Positions 51,491 through 64,000 are shown, counted from the stretch's first letter. The stretch is 64,000 nt of DNA from Phoronis australis (GCA_002633005.1 NMRA01000019.1:1533759-1597758), one strand, 5' to 3'. Notes: generated by a model from the letters alone, not told the origin. Made by a program: numbers and translations.

Positions 51491-54400
51491 TTAACTACTT
51501 ATACTAAAAGACCTACTTGTTTATGGTCCACAGCGTTTGCGTGCGAAACCTACTTTTCGTAATGCTTATTACACATTTTATATTTTTGCCATGAATTCTT
51601 AACAAATTTGTCGTATTTAAAATAGTCTTCAAATGCCCAAAAAACCAAATCCGTTTTTCGTGTTGGCAATAATGACGGGATCGTTTTGGAAATCGTCTTA
51701 GGATAAGGTTTGACAAAGAGAGTATTGCGAGTTTCTGAGTGATTCACTAAAGCTTCGATTAAAATTCACATCTTACCAGCAGCTTCTGTTTTCTCATCGT
51801 CACTCAGGTTCCATTCTCTTTAAAAAATGAAGTAAATTTTCTTCATTGCACAGTGGAGCGTGTAACTTTTTTGGATATAACATTCTAGGTGATGCAACTT
51901 GTGCATTTACTTTGCAAATAATAGACGATGTTAGGTGCAAAACCGCACGGCCTTTCAACAAATCGGCTCCTTAATGCACCCGTAACAATAAATACAACAC
52001 GTATCTACGTGTGCAAAGGCATATGTATGTGTAGTTTATTCGAGTAAACTGTGCGCCGGCCCTTGTAACAATACGGCAGACAATTAAAGTAAGGTAGCAC
52101 AAGAGTAAACCTGGGAATTGAACACTGACCCCGCCTCCTTTTATTTTAATTCCATAATCACGAATACATTTACGATTACGTCACACATCGATTTGGTATT
52201 CCATCGGCATCGTGAGGATGAATGTGTCTACAATTGGTGCCGCACGCTCTCTTTCAGGAAGACGATAAGATCACTATAAAAGGGGTAAGCCAAGCGAACA
52301 TGAAACCCTGACTCAATTTTATACTGAACACACCAGGACATAACCTTAACGCTTTACATGTATTTGTTGTTTCAAGATGATTGCTCAAAGAATACAAAAA
52401 ATGCGCTCAGTTTAAACGTTTCGACTGTTACCATAGTCACAGACGAATGGAGCTAAGGACCGCCGCGTACTCGGTAACCAACGCTTTAGAAACCTAACCC
52501 TTTCTTAACATATGAGCCGTTTACTGTGTACATGTAAACATGCCTTGCTTGTATGCACCTATTGTTGGAATAAAACCATAAGATTTTTTGATCGCGCTAC
52601 CGTCTGCAAAACAGTTGATCTGAGATATCGAAAGCGAATGCTGTGTTTAGTACCTACCTTTCTTGCTTTCCGATGTAAGTATATTTTCACAAGAACATCT
52701 TGCCATATTCTGCTACGTTTTTATATATTTTTGGCAAAACCAGGTTACAGACTCGGTAAAAGTATAAATTATATGACGGCTTGCGTCATTATTATGCCAG
52801 ACAACCTGAAGAACGGAATGCATAGACTGTGGCGCTCTCGCTGTTTCCTTTAATTTTGTTTTCCACTCCTTGTGAAAACCCTGGAACATAGGCAAACCTG
52901 GGTTTGCGATGGTGCGAAACTCAGGAGGAATGAGAACAGTAATTCTATTGGAACAGTGAATAGTTATGGAAAATGAGATACATGTACGGTTATTTATGTT
53001 TTTTATTAAAACCCTCATTTGACAGTAATATCTCGCGTTTGTACTTCTAAGTATGCTAGCCATCAAGATACGCATGTAAAAAAAATACTCTACACGTTGT
53101 AATTATTTATGCGCGCACCCAGTCTTGCAAATTGGGGGCTCGAATTTTTGTGAATGTGGATCTGTTGCTAAGACTCACGGGGTGCGTTCAGAACTACTTT
53201 TGTAAATCAGTACTGTTTTTTGTGTTTCCCTTGTTTACTACAAGGCTATACATCTTAACTCAGTAAAAGTATATGCTGTGCATTTTATGAAAGTAGAAAG
53301 CCTGTAGAATTTGATACCTCATTTTATGCCGCTGCAATTGTCTTTGAGTAAAATGCAGTTTGCACAAATTGGGTATTTTTCAATCCAAATCCCCTGGTAC
53401 GCAGTAGTAACGCACGGGACTGTACCCAGCGGTAAAACTTTTGGCTGCGTAGATTCATGTAGTTCTTATGCGATGAATGTCTCTGATATGCTAAAGCGTA
53501 GTGTGGTTTGCACTGATGATCACCTAAAGTCGACCAAATATCAAAATTTTGTACTATATACCTTAATTTTGTATGCCAATGCACCCCATAAACATTGCAC
53601 TTTGCAATAACATAACTCAGCTTCCGTAAAGGCTTGACATGGTTTGCATATGAACTTTGGTGTAAAGCCGACATGAAAAATGCGCCTTACTTGTGCAATA
53701 TCATTTTCAAATTAGTGCAAGTTGCTCATTTCGTTCTTTGTGTACGCTGTCATGCACCGGTATTGTGACAGATTGTGTCAACAAAAAGGCCGTATTTTTT
53801 GTTCGCTTCACTTCGCTTACCACAGTATGCAGACCTATTCCCATATAAGCCATTGTCAGTAGCTCTTCTCGGGTGCGTTACGTGATCATCTCTGTGTGGA
53901 TAGCTTTATTTCAATGTCCTACAATTCGAAATGTCCTGCATTTTAAGTTGCTCATTAATATAACTATTTGTGAGCTATACTTATTTAACACATTGAGCCT
54001 ATTTTCATTTACTGGTCAAGACTCCTTCAGACTGAAGTCTCATACATGTCAGCATAGTTTCCGATAGTAAAGTTTCTCGGACACAAGCAAATGTATTTCT
54101 CACCAATTTAGCTTTCATCCACCATGGGTGCAGGTGAGCAGGCAGCAACCGATCGTAGATACAGTATATTTTTTGTCGCTGAGCAGCAACACCGCAATAC
54201 TACAACGGATCACCATATTGAAGAAAGGTGTATGTACATGTATAGCCGACCTAAAGAACTTTTCTTATTCACAACATGATCACAAAACAAACGTATGAGA
54301 TTCACTGAATGCACCCGTACTAAATACCTCAAAACTGCAGGCAAACCTGTGCGTAGTTCAATAGCTGTCTCGCGACGAGAAAAAAAAACTCAACTTGAAA

Positions 54401-56287
54401 GTCGCGTGGTCTCATTTAATATGCATGGCTATATATTGCGTAAATGCGCAAGATCTTGTTTTACTAGCGAGATATTATAACGTTATTGAACACTACCCTG
54501 TCTTACCCCAAGAAATTAATTGGTGGGGGAGTGTGCAACATTGCCCGCTGTTCTTAATAAATTAACAGACTGAACAACGCCACTTACGGTAGAGTCAAGT
54601 ATTATAAACAATCCTTCAATAAACACCCGTCTCAAATAAGTGGCATGGGATGAAAGCCAGCTAAAAAGCCCGGTTGTTATATAAGCGTCAGGTATCAAAT
54701 AACCCCCGTAGGCGGTAATTCAAGCCTGTTCGCTGTTGTTCTTGATAGTTGAGGCCCACTGCAACTACATGGAAGCCTACATAAAGGTATGGAAAATAAT
54801 TAATAGATTTTGTTGCAAGTGTCAGAGATCACACAGCACGGCAATTGTTACTAAAACATGCAAACACCTATCCCCCATTCGTCTGGATATGGTTGCCAAG
54901 TGAAACGAAAACTGTTCAGAACAATTTTTGTTTATAAAAAGCTTTCAAAGAAATCAAACCGATGGTAACATAACAGCCATCAGTAAATGAGCAAAACATT
55001 TCATGGTTGAAAAAGCTTCGGGTTTTAAATAATCGCCCGTTTTGGAATGACTGCTGGTAAAAATAATCGTGGCAGAAATTAGTGCTCGGAGCTAATACAT
55101 GTAGGCGACATTACAGTATTTCAGGTATTTATCGGCCTTCTAGTTTCGCTGTTGTCTATTAAGAGTAAAGCAAATGTAAATGTGTTACTTGCAGTTGTTT
55201 ACACAGTAATGATTAGGGTGACCTATGTTTGAGCCAGACTTTCCGCTTATAAAACAATGGTTGTTACTAAAGTGATTTTTTCACCGTGTTGAGTCTTTTC
55301 GTTAACAAAATATGTACGCGTGCTGTCGTCATTTCAAAGAATATGTGAACCCTTTTCACACGTTCTTGCATTCTTGTCAGCTTATGACGTTTGTTCTATC
55401 TACGCTGGGTACACGTCTGTCTATAAACGATTTTGATTATACAAGTAACGTCCATGCACACTTTTTCGGTGACCCAAAGCTTGAGAAAATTTGGGAAATG
55501 TAGCCTTTAATAAGTATATCTTCAAATTTAATCTCCAGTTCTAAATACGAGGTTTACAAAAAGTTTTCGCCGTTTAAACACCCTCGGTGCACGACTGTTA
55601 TTCATTTGTCGTCATAGAAAACACGTGCACAGCGGCAAAATATTCGACATGCCTGATAAATGATCCAAGATTTCGTGTAAAAAATAATGGCGTTTGGTCA
55701 GTTTATATGTATTTTTCAACGCTTTACTTTGCTCTCTTAATAAGAATGGAGGGAATATATGCAATTATGTTTAATCACCAGTTTCTGTAACTTCACGTCA
55801 ATGATTTTTTTTAAATTATGTGATTTCACTACGAAATATTTATCAATGTGGTGTCACATTGTCTCCGGGGTTATTTTTAGTTCAGCAATAAATGTACATG
55901 TATGTTTACAATTCTTCAAGAACATTTAGAATGTTGGTACTATGCAGTTCTATATTTCACCACTGTGTAGCGCCCAAATAAAATTTGAAAAGTGTCTCTA
56001 ATTTGTATCTGAGTGTGATAAAATAGTGTGTTCAACGAAAGTTGTAACATATGGACTATTATTTGCAGTATTACTCCTTAACGACATCTAATTTCACCGT
56101 TTTCCAATATCTTATAAATATTCCATGCCCGAGTTGCCGATCAGTTCAGTGAATTCCATGGATATGTGCCAGTTTAAGCGTGGTCATATTTAATTTGACA
56201 TGTAAATACAACAAACCTGCTATCCAAAGTCGTCACAAAGTGTTTTTAAAAGCCCCTCGTGGCCTGTAGCGCACAACTTACTGTGAA

Positions 56288-56602
56288 CAGGGGCGGATCC
56301 ATGATTTTGAGTTAAGGGGGCCAGGGCACAGGAAAAACCAGAATTTCGGCACATGCGCGCGCCCAGCCTAAACTGTAGGGATGCAGGGGTCTCGCATTTT
56401 TGGGTTTGCGGATCTTATTACTAAAAAAACGGTAAACGGGGTTTGTTCAAGGTCGATGGATTGTGCATTCGCGCCCCGAGCCCCCCCTGGATGCGCGCAT
56501 ATGCTAGTCAGCAATTCGCACCCCGAACTGCCACATGATATCTGGGAGAATTTAAAGGGGGCATGTCCCTCTTGCCCCCCCCCCCCCCTAAATCCGCCTC
56601 TG
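56288..56602. mobile_element. MITE, full-length copy
   Basis: TIR CAGGGGCGGAT / ATCCGCCTCTG. Flanked by the direct repeat GTGAA. Confidence 0.8.
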
Positions 56603-57387
56603 GTGAAGCTTGAATGCGCCCAGTTGTTCCTGCACGCAAACGATACCGCTCAGAAAAATAAAGACGATGAACTGTAATCTGTTTTTGAAAAATGTACACT
56701 GGTAATTACGACTCCAAGGTAATGTTGGCAACGAATAAGCCTATGCAAAGGGAAATTAGATCATAACCGATTGTAAACATGGTTTCAAATACGGAGGTTA
56801 GTAGAATTCCATTAACCACCTTTGGCGTTTGAAGTTAATAATCTTTACATATTGTCGTTCATCAACATGCCCCATTTCTTAGAATTACATAATACAAATG
56901 AGTATTGGTGCAATACTCCTCTGATCGTTTGGTCAAAAGACAGAGAACAGCTCGCTCTTGCATTGGACATGCACGGCAACTGTGACTTCTTCGTGCAATC
57001 TTCATTGCACACTGGGACGATTGAATTTTGAGATTAAACTCGGGTGCCGGTCACTGGTTAAATCTGCAATTATCTCATTGGGAACTACACGCATGTCGTT
57101 CTATGGACTCAGACTAGGTCACAAATACATGTAGTGTTGAAGTCCACGGCTATTATATGCAAATTTAGTTTATACTGTTTGCCACACAGTATACTATTAT
57201 TAAAACAAACAACGTCATCGTCCAAGGTAAAATTCAAATAAGCACGCATGCGTATGCATGTATGTGTTGTAGACTGTTGCAGCACAATCTTTGTACATGT
57301 ATTTTTATCTGATGACTTCATAGATGTTATTTTGGTTTCAGTTCACCGTGCGTTGCGGTTTCAAGTGTTCAAGCGTTGTGTTACAAA

Positions 57388-57537
57388 ATGGCCTTGGAGA
57401 GCAAAACTGATGAACGCCCCGACAAGAAGGATGTGTTGGAGGAAATATTGAAGCAAATGCGTGAAATTAACAAAAACACGAAAACTCCGGACAACGAAGT
57501 TTCCCACAAGACGCGCCAAGAACTTGACGGTAAAAAG
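57388..57537 (+). CDS. Pentameric ligand-gated ion channel subunit, first coding exon
   Basis: ATG in AAAATGG context, 150 nt open (MALESKTDERPDKKDVLEEILKQMREIN...ELDGKK), donor AAG|GTATGC, phase 0. An upstream acceptor ends at 57341. Confidence 0.65.
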
Positions 57538-57709
57538 GTATGCGTGCAATTTTCCATCTAAATGTCACGGTGATGTAATAACAGAACTCAAGTTCGATCT
57601 GTCACCACGCCACTGCCTTTCTCATGGGGACTGGCATTAGCATTAAATATAGAAAAATCGCAATGAGGAAAATCGACATTAAGTAATGTTAATCACCAAA
57701 TCTTTTCAG

Positions 57710-57838
57710 GTGACCGTGTATGTTTATACAATTATAATAGCTATCGGAGATGTTGACAGCGTGAAGCAACTGTTCGATGCAGAAGTGTGCATCAGCTTCA
57801 GGTACGAAGAACCACTTTTTGAAGGAAAAGATTTGAAG
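57710..57838 (+). CDS. Pentameric ligand-gated ion channel subunit, ligand-binding-domain beta1-beta2 exon
   Basis: TTTTCAG acceptor and GTGAGT donor, 129 nt: VTVYVYTIIIAIGDVDSVKQLFDAEVCISFRYEEPLFEGKDLK. This matches the pLGIC pattern V.V...I..I.(D/E)(I/V)D...Q.F.......(W/Y).(D/E)P. Confidence 0.72.
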
Positions 57839-58189
57839 GTGAGTAAATGATTAATTTTCATGGTAATTTTGCCTTGAACACACAAACATAATGCTTGCTT
57901 TAGGATAATTTGCGTAATGGGATTGACATTTTTTATCTCCAATCTGTTTAGGTTGTCAAAATTCTATGTTGCACCCAAAATTCAAATTGAGTTCCCGAGG
58001 ACCAGATTATGTATTTCGGGCGTCTTCAAGATTTCACCTCGCTGGGTAAGTTTGAGAGGCTGCCGGCACGTGCACTGTCTAGGGGATTTTATGGCAAACA
58101 GACATTTCAGTTAACAAGATGAAAATTTGACAATTTTCTTTCCAAGTAAGCCAAACATATGCATTTACATTCAGTTTAAGGGCTTTGAT

Positions 58190-58370
58190 ACGCCGTAAAA
58201 TGTAACAATTTCGTATAATGTAACAAGTGTTACATTTTACGTCATTGTTATATTTTACGTTGCTAGGCCTCTCCTAAAATGTGACAAGTTGTTATATTTT
58301 ATGTAATTGTTACAATTTATGTCGAATGCACATGCAAGAAATTTATCATTGTTACATTTTACGAAACCAA
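58190..58370. repeat. Foldback element built from CGTAAAATGTAACAA modules
   Basis: Direct and inverted (TTGTTACATTTTACG) copies of the same 15-mer. Confidence 0.7.
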
Positions 58371-59599
58371 CGTCATATTTCATGAGTTTGCTTGATATTT
58401 GTCACAAGGAAGAAATTCGTTCGCACACTTAACGCATTCTTTCTCGGACTGTGTGTCGGAATGAAATTCTATCAAATGTGCCAGGTCGAACTTATGTGTC
58501 CCTATATGATTTCCATGGTTGTTTAACATGAGTAGTTTTATAGTATAGTCAAAAAAGCACGCCTCACTAAGGTGGCGATTTATGCTTTTGAGGCTTGGTG
58601 ACGAGAAATTTACAAGTCAGAATCCTAGTATATTTTTAAGGGAATCGCCGGACTATCACATGTGATAATGGCTTACATCATCTCTGAAATTTGCTGTAGA
58701 ATGATACCAATAAATCGAAACTAACGTGATTGATGAAGCAATTTTAAATGAAGATCATTGAAAATTGGTATATTTGAATTCAAACGCAAGGTAATTTCTA
58801 GGACGGTTTTAATGAAACAGAACTGACAATAAGTACTCGAGCACATTTCATGTCAAACAATAACAGTATCTTCTGTTTTCGAATCAATAACGCCTATGAA
58901 ATTCTGCATTTGAACTTTGTTTGGTTTTTGGAAAAAAGTATAAAATTTATCACATACAGATGGCAAGGCTAAGGATTTTCATGAACTGGTGTTTAAGTAT
59001 TTAGAAATTCATGTAATTGAAGGTTTCTTGTGCCCATCTTGTCAGTGGTGAACGTCGTCAGCGTGCGCAGAAGAGGCATATCCTAACCAAAACTCAGCTA
59101 AAAAAAAACGATCAGTGTCATCTTGAAGCTTGGGGACGAGGCTTGCATTGCCATGGAAAGATCTTTTGCTTCATCAGCGACACTCAATGAAATTTGATTT
59201 CCCATGACGTACGTGTTGCAGGGCTCGACGCTTAAGTAGCATAACGTGAACTCGCTAAATGCTACCTGGCAAAACAACCAGGGCGGCAAAGGGGATCTGG
59301 TGTCACCAAAGTATGATATTAGCACACGGGGATTGCTAAAACCCCTGTCCCGACAGCAATACGTACACGTACATGTACAGTAGTTTCAATGATGACATTA
59401 CTGAAATGAAAATCCGTCGAACTATGCAAATCTTCTCTGACGGCAATGAGCTTGGCACGATTTTTTATTAGTTGTCGAACAGAAAATAAGAAGTGATCGT
59501 TTGCTTAATAACGACAATTTCCTGCCTCTCGACGGCCCAATATCCAGTGCAGGCTCTTGTCCCGAGCCAATGGTATCGTCGTTCTACCGCTAGTTTGCT

Positions 59600-59810
59600 G
59601 TCAGTATTTGTAGTATGCATCTCCGCACCAAAGCTAGTACAGATCTTGCTGTTCTTAGAATTTTGTCGCCAGTCCTTCCCTGATGTGGATATGAATCTAC
59701 TGTATTCTATGCATGGCACATGACGGTATTGGGGGGACGTTGTAAAATGTATGCCGTAGCTGCATATACATGTATTGCTACATCCGTACAGTACCAAATT
59801 TTAGCCCAGA
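59600..59810 (-). pseudogene. Degenerate THAP zinc-finger remnant (transposon-derived)
   Basis: VLYGCSNT...GIHF..SPQYR...RFI..SGKDWRQ.SKNSKICTSF resembles the THAP pattern C-x4-C-x-N...F-P...W...ICSxHF with key residues lost. Confidence 0.5.
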
Positions 59811-60184
59811 GACCGATAAGCAGCTTACGTCCAAATCATACTCAGCTGTTGGGCACCGAGGCTTCAGGTAAATTTCTATAACATACACGTTGATGTCATA
59901 CAATATATGCCAGTTTATACTGTATCAAATTGGTTGAGGATGTTTCTGGGGCGATGGAAGGGGCTACAAATTATGGGCGGTGTGATTAACGTCCCAACTA
60001 TTTATTTCTTGTGGTATGAAAGAAACAAAAGCAATGATTTATTCAAAAGTACTTGTATTTCTGGTGTCAAAGGTTGTTTTGGTTGCTGGAGACTATCTTT
60101 AAACTGGTTTAAATAGCATTTAGGCCAGGTTGAAGGAAATCTGCATTTTTAAGTTTAACATTTACAAAAGCAGCCGATTTCACA

Positions 60185-61780
60185 GGCTAGTTTAAAAACA
60201 CTCGTTGATGATTTCAATCTTGTCTTACTAAACCCGGTCTACTTTAGGCCTAACTCAAAGTTCACCAACGAAGGCCGAAAGCCTGGTTTTATTAGACAAG
60301 GGAGCAGGTTAAGGGAAACCAGGTTCAAAGTACCCACCACACGCTACTGTTTCGATTGAGATTAAGTCATCAATTAAACTACTGACGTGCTTCAAGGAAA
60401 ATTTGATTATGTGGGAATGTAATATATATACATACACACAAGCATGCATGCATTATTTCCGAGTAATATTCACACCTTGTATTTATCTTTGTCGGTCCTC
60501 TTAAATTCTCCACTGGCAACAAATGGAGTGGAGCTTTGACAGAAGAATCAGAGGTGATGTCGTCACCAGGGTGGCCCGTAATGTTTACAACAACGATACA
60601 TGTACATCGCACTTGACTCGGTATTCTGAAGAGTTCGAGGTTCACCTTGCAACACATACCGGCCTAAAAGTAGAACTTTGTTCAACTCCAGTTTAGATCA
60701 AGTCAAATCCGTTTTCCATTCCACCAACAATGTATTATTCCTTAGACCTGTATAAAAGTCTGAACACAAGCTTAGATTTAAACTCGATTACCTCAAATAT
60801 AACACTGTTGAAATTTAAAACTTGGGTGGTGTACGTGTGCTCAACCGTGCAGCTTAAAGACGATACGGTGTGCACCACCGACGAAAATTCAGAGCGAGAA
60901 TAGACTCTTTTCAAGTTTACTACGTCAAGCACGCAAACGCAGAACATAACATGCGGCAAGTTGTCCTTCGTCTCCACAGAATGCGATTGAGTGAGCAGAG
61001 TGTCATTGCTGTAAGTATTACTTAGGGGGGTAAAGACTGCTTCTCATACGGTTCTGTGGATTGACCTCCACCTCCTCTAGTCACAGTGGCAGATTTAACG
61101 GTGACCGGGTACCGGTTCTCCCCCATCCTTTTAGCTGCTGACAAAATAGTAATTGGTAAAATGACACCAAAGATAATTTGGGCATTCATTGTTTTCGGCC
61201 AATCATGGGCGAACATTTTAGTGCATGCGCGTGTTTTGGCTCCAGGTATCACAAGTTCAAACTTTTGGTGGACATGTGATGAAAGTTTTATTCTAGGTTT
61301 GAGTTTTGAGTTTGTCCATAGTCTTTGAACTGTTGCGGCGTTTCTCCGATTGCGGGGATTGTGCAGCTAATCTAGACTAAATTCTTTCAAATCTGCTGCT
61401 TTCGTTGAGCTGATTTGGCGCCTGTTTTCTTGTTTTTCAATAAATTTAACTATCAGGCGTGTGGGGAAAATTCATGACAAAATCTTTTAGTTCTTTTCAA
61501 CTAGTTTCTATAAGTAACAGGTCAACCTTTAAATGCCTGCACTGGTGCTACTACTGTGTGCCATTCACTCCATCATGAACTAAGTAAGATTGAACCACTT
61601 CAGCAGTTTCTTACACGTAGTTGTGTTAAGACAGATCGTTACAGTTGGGTGTCGTGTTTAGTTTCAGCCTTTCCCTGGTCAAACAAATGCAAGCTTTCAG
61701 GCTTTTAAAACTATTAATGAAATGTAAGTCATGACTAAAATTAAACCAGGTTTAGTAAGATCGAGTTTAAATCTTCAGCC
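60185..61780 (-). mobile_element. PIF/Harbinger-like relic with Myb/SANT-like ORF remnant
   Basis: GGCT...AGCC termini with an imperfect TIR (TCTTACTAAACCCGGT versus ACCAGGTTTAGTAAGA). Minus-strand IENKKTGAKSAQRKQQI(W>*)KNL, which needs a 1-nt frameshift, and a TRGGGG segment typical of Myb_DNA-bind_5 proteins. Confidence 0.5.
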
Positions 61781-62444
61781 TTCTCTTGGAGTACACCACC
61801 TTTACAAAGTTGACCGTGAAAATTTTACCGTTACCCAGCGCTTGTTGGGAGGATCAATTGATGTCACGTTCACTGGGAGCTTCGATCCCTGTCTGAACTC
61901 CCTCAGGTGGTAGATCGCCATGTTGATCATGCCTTGCCTAGTAGCAGATATTATTGTACTTAGTCTAGACCCAATTTGACGCTAACTCGGATGGTGTGCT
62001 GCCTTCCGTAGGACTTTTTTGTCTTGGTCATTGTTGACAAGCCTTGGCTTTTTCTTATGTAGACAAATACATTAGCTGCAAAAGGACCTGCTGCCGATTT
62101 TTAGTGGAAATATCAGCTTGTGGTGCCTTTGCTTACACGATCTCCTCTTTGTTCTTCATAATTTAGGCGCCTCCTATCGGTGGCCTACTTCACCCTGGTT
62201 TTCAATGGAGCGGTCTGTTCGAATAGTACCACTTGGTACGTTGCGTCAGAAAACAGAGGTATGTCTGATCACAAAGATGTCTGAGCATGGTGCTGGCTTG
62301 GCTCCATAAGACCGTAAAAATCTTGCAATGGATTGCAGTATGACTAATTCCCTGGACAGCTGTCTTTGCTTGTCGCTGTCAGTGCTGCGTTGGTAAAAAT
62401 TAGACGTACTGTAAGTTGGCGCCCAAAGCCCATCGTATAGCATT

Positions 62445-63050
62445 GAGCACTGAATTTTAAAAGTGACTGGATCTCTCAAAACCTGACTCACACACAGGTA
62501 AGCATGAGTGGGTTGGCCTATTTACATAGAGTCTGCAGTGGCGGATCTTGGATGTCGGAGAAACAGAGTTGAACCACACATTTTCAAAAGTTTGCGTGCA
62601 TCCCAAACGGTCTCTGAAGGGGGTCCAAGCACAATTACAGTATATTGGAAAATAGAAGTGTAACGCCCAGAAACGATATGCCGGCGGCCACTTTTAGTCG
62701 CTCATGGGCTGTTTCCTCGGGGTCTTAACCCTTACTCGGCGAGCATACATGTGTGCATGGTGATCGCCGAAATGTTCCGCAATAACGCTGTTGTCATTGT
62801 ACCGCATTGATGCCGTATGCTACCGTATCGAGACTACGCTACACAATATATCGTCACTTACGGCGCACAGACGCTACGTTAAAATGAAAAAGGTAGAAAG
62901 GTGTTGCTATGATAAAATGTAAAAAGGTGGTTGGCTTCAACTACGTGCGCTTACGCCCCACTATACCGTAGCTTACGGTAGGCAGGCGCTACATGTACGT
63001 TGAAAAGCAAAAAGGTAGTTGGCTGCGTTTACACAGCACTGGTAGCTGCA
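62445..63050 (+). repeat. Interspersed repeat, homologous to 13032-13680
   Basis: Same shared blocks as the copy at 13032. Lies just upstream of a THAP exon. Confidence 0.8.
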
Positions 63051-63256
63051 CTTGTTTCCCAGACTTTCTGAAATAGTTTGACTGAAGTTTCTTGCTTTTT
63101 GATCTTGGTTCACTTCTTATTTGTTGGTCAGTATGCCTTGCTTTTACCAAGGAGTGTAGTAGTATAGGAGAGTTCACTTGTGAGTTCGCTGTTACCGCTA
63201 CTACTAGCGCCGCCAAGTGATGAACAAGCAACAGTCAACCAGGAAGCGCCAAAACA

Positions 63257-63354
63257 ATGGGGAAGGACGCATTATGCAGTGCGATAAATTGCACTAATTC
63301 ATCCACGACAACCCCAGACGTGTCGTTTTTTAGGCTTTCTAAGGATCCGGAAAG
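63257..63354 (+). CDS. THAP-domain protein first exon (transposase-like or host THAP gene)
   Basis: MGKDALCSAINCTNSSTTTPDVSFFRLSKDPER followed by a perfect donor AG|GTAAGT. This fits the THAP N-terminus C-x4-C-x-N...SFFRFPKD; the FP motif reads LS here. Confidence 0.7.
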
Positions 63355-64000
63355 GTAAGTATTATATGTTATTCAATAATATAATACATTGTCTTTCATT
63401 TTGTGTGTTCTGTTCACAGTTGTTAGACAAGTCGATCGCACGTCCCGGTGCCACTGTCTGTTGTTTGCAGTGTAGGCTAGGCCTACTGGTCAGCCGGCGG
63501 AAGGACTACTGATTAACGTACGATGTGATCGTCAGCTTTTTGGATACTTGCAGTCCATGTATTCCAAATCAAAATGTCACTCTAACGATCGCAGGGATAA
63601 TTTTAGGAAAACATAGCCATGACCATGGGTGAATATGAATCATCGTGGTGACACGGCCATGCGGGCACAATCACAGCCACAGGGACTCAAGTTTTCATTA
63701 GTCAAGTTAGAGACATAACGTAGAATTGTCGTGAGGACTTGACAGGTCACCTCATGGGTCTCACGCTCCACTGATTTATATACACTAGCTTGAAAAGGCT
63801 TTGCCCAGTTACACATTTTGTGTCATAAAACTGAGAGATAATCATACCTGCAGCTAATGCAGCTAGTAGAACTTGTCTCGTTTATCACATTGGTGTAGGC
63901 TCACAGAAGAACTGTGATTTTCTGTTGAGCCCAGACCGTCCGGAGTTGCACCATATACCAACTCCGGACGGTCTCTCACGACGATTTAGCGTTATGGAAT

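Larger units (their letters stand above)
48185..52950 (-). pseudogene. Possible decayed multi-exon gene of unknown family, convergent with HAUS1
   Basis: Several AG/GT-bounded, protein-like minus-strand segments (~52660-52945, ~51780-51885, ~51517-51746, ~49025-49230, terminal 48185-48442). Most contain one or a few stops. No family recognised. Confidence 0.25.

Noticed and set aside
57952-58045. AG/GT-bounded segment as pLGIC exon 3
   Set aside because: The phase-0 reading stops early, and no frame contains the expected WxP motif.
61800-62440. LINE ORF1-like remnant on the minus strand
   Set aside because: Only a faint IRTDRS...RP resemblance with many stops; not enough to call.
1-64000. 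Recurrent TACATGTA palindrome as a regulatory code
   Set aside because: It is scattered with no positional pattern and probably reflects genome-wide composition; enrichment was not computed.

Overview
This is eukaryotic (animal) genomic DNA: AT-rich, intron-rich and dense in transposable elements. Gene and element content suggests a marine invertebrate, probably a lophotrochozoan (inference). Most ORF-track entries are spurious. Three host genes can be read directly. (1) A neurotrophin/NGF-family cystine-knot ligand (+, ~10965-11634) with an RFKR furin site, an extra seventh cysteine and no in-frame ATG before its hydrophobic leader. (2) HAUS1 (augmin subunit 1; +), with eight intact, in-phase GT-AG exons from 31234 to 48124; the first coding exon is unresolved. 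(3) The first two coding exons of a pentameric ligand-gated ion channel subunit that lacks a signal peptide (+, 57388-57838). Mobile DNA includes a decayed AcademX element, a Sola3 element with TTAA/GAG...CTC/TTAA ends in HAUS1 intron 6, and an internally deleted Gypsy element whose integrase coding sequence has been amplified into a 38-bp minisatellite. There is also a 5'-truncated LINE plus a MITE nested in a Helentron-like repeat, a Harbinger-like relic, THAP remnants, MITEs, SINE heads and tandem arrays. No CRISPR, rRNA or intact tRNA was found. I found no clearly new multi-gene system; the best candidates for novelty are the 7-Cys neurotrophin, the leaderless channel and the integrase-derived minisatellite. 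All family calls come from reading motifs by eye, not from database searches.
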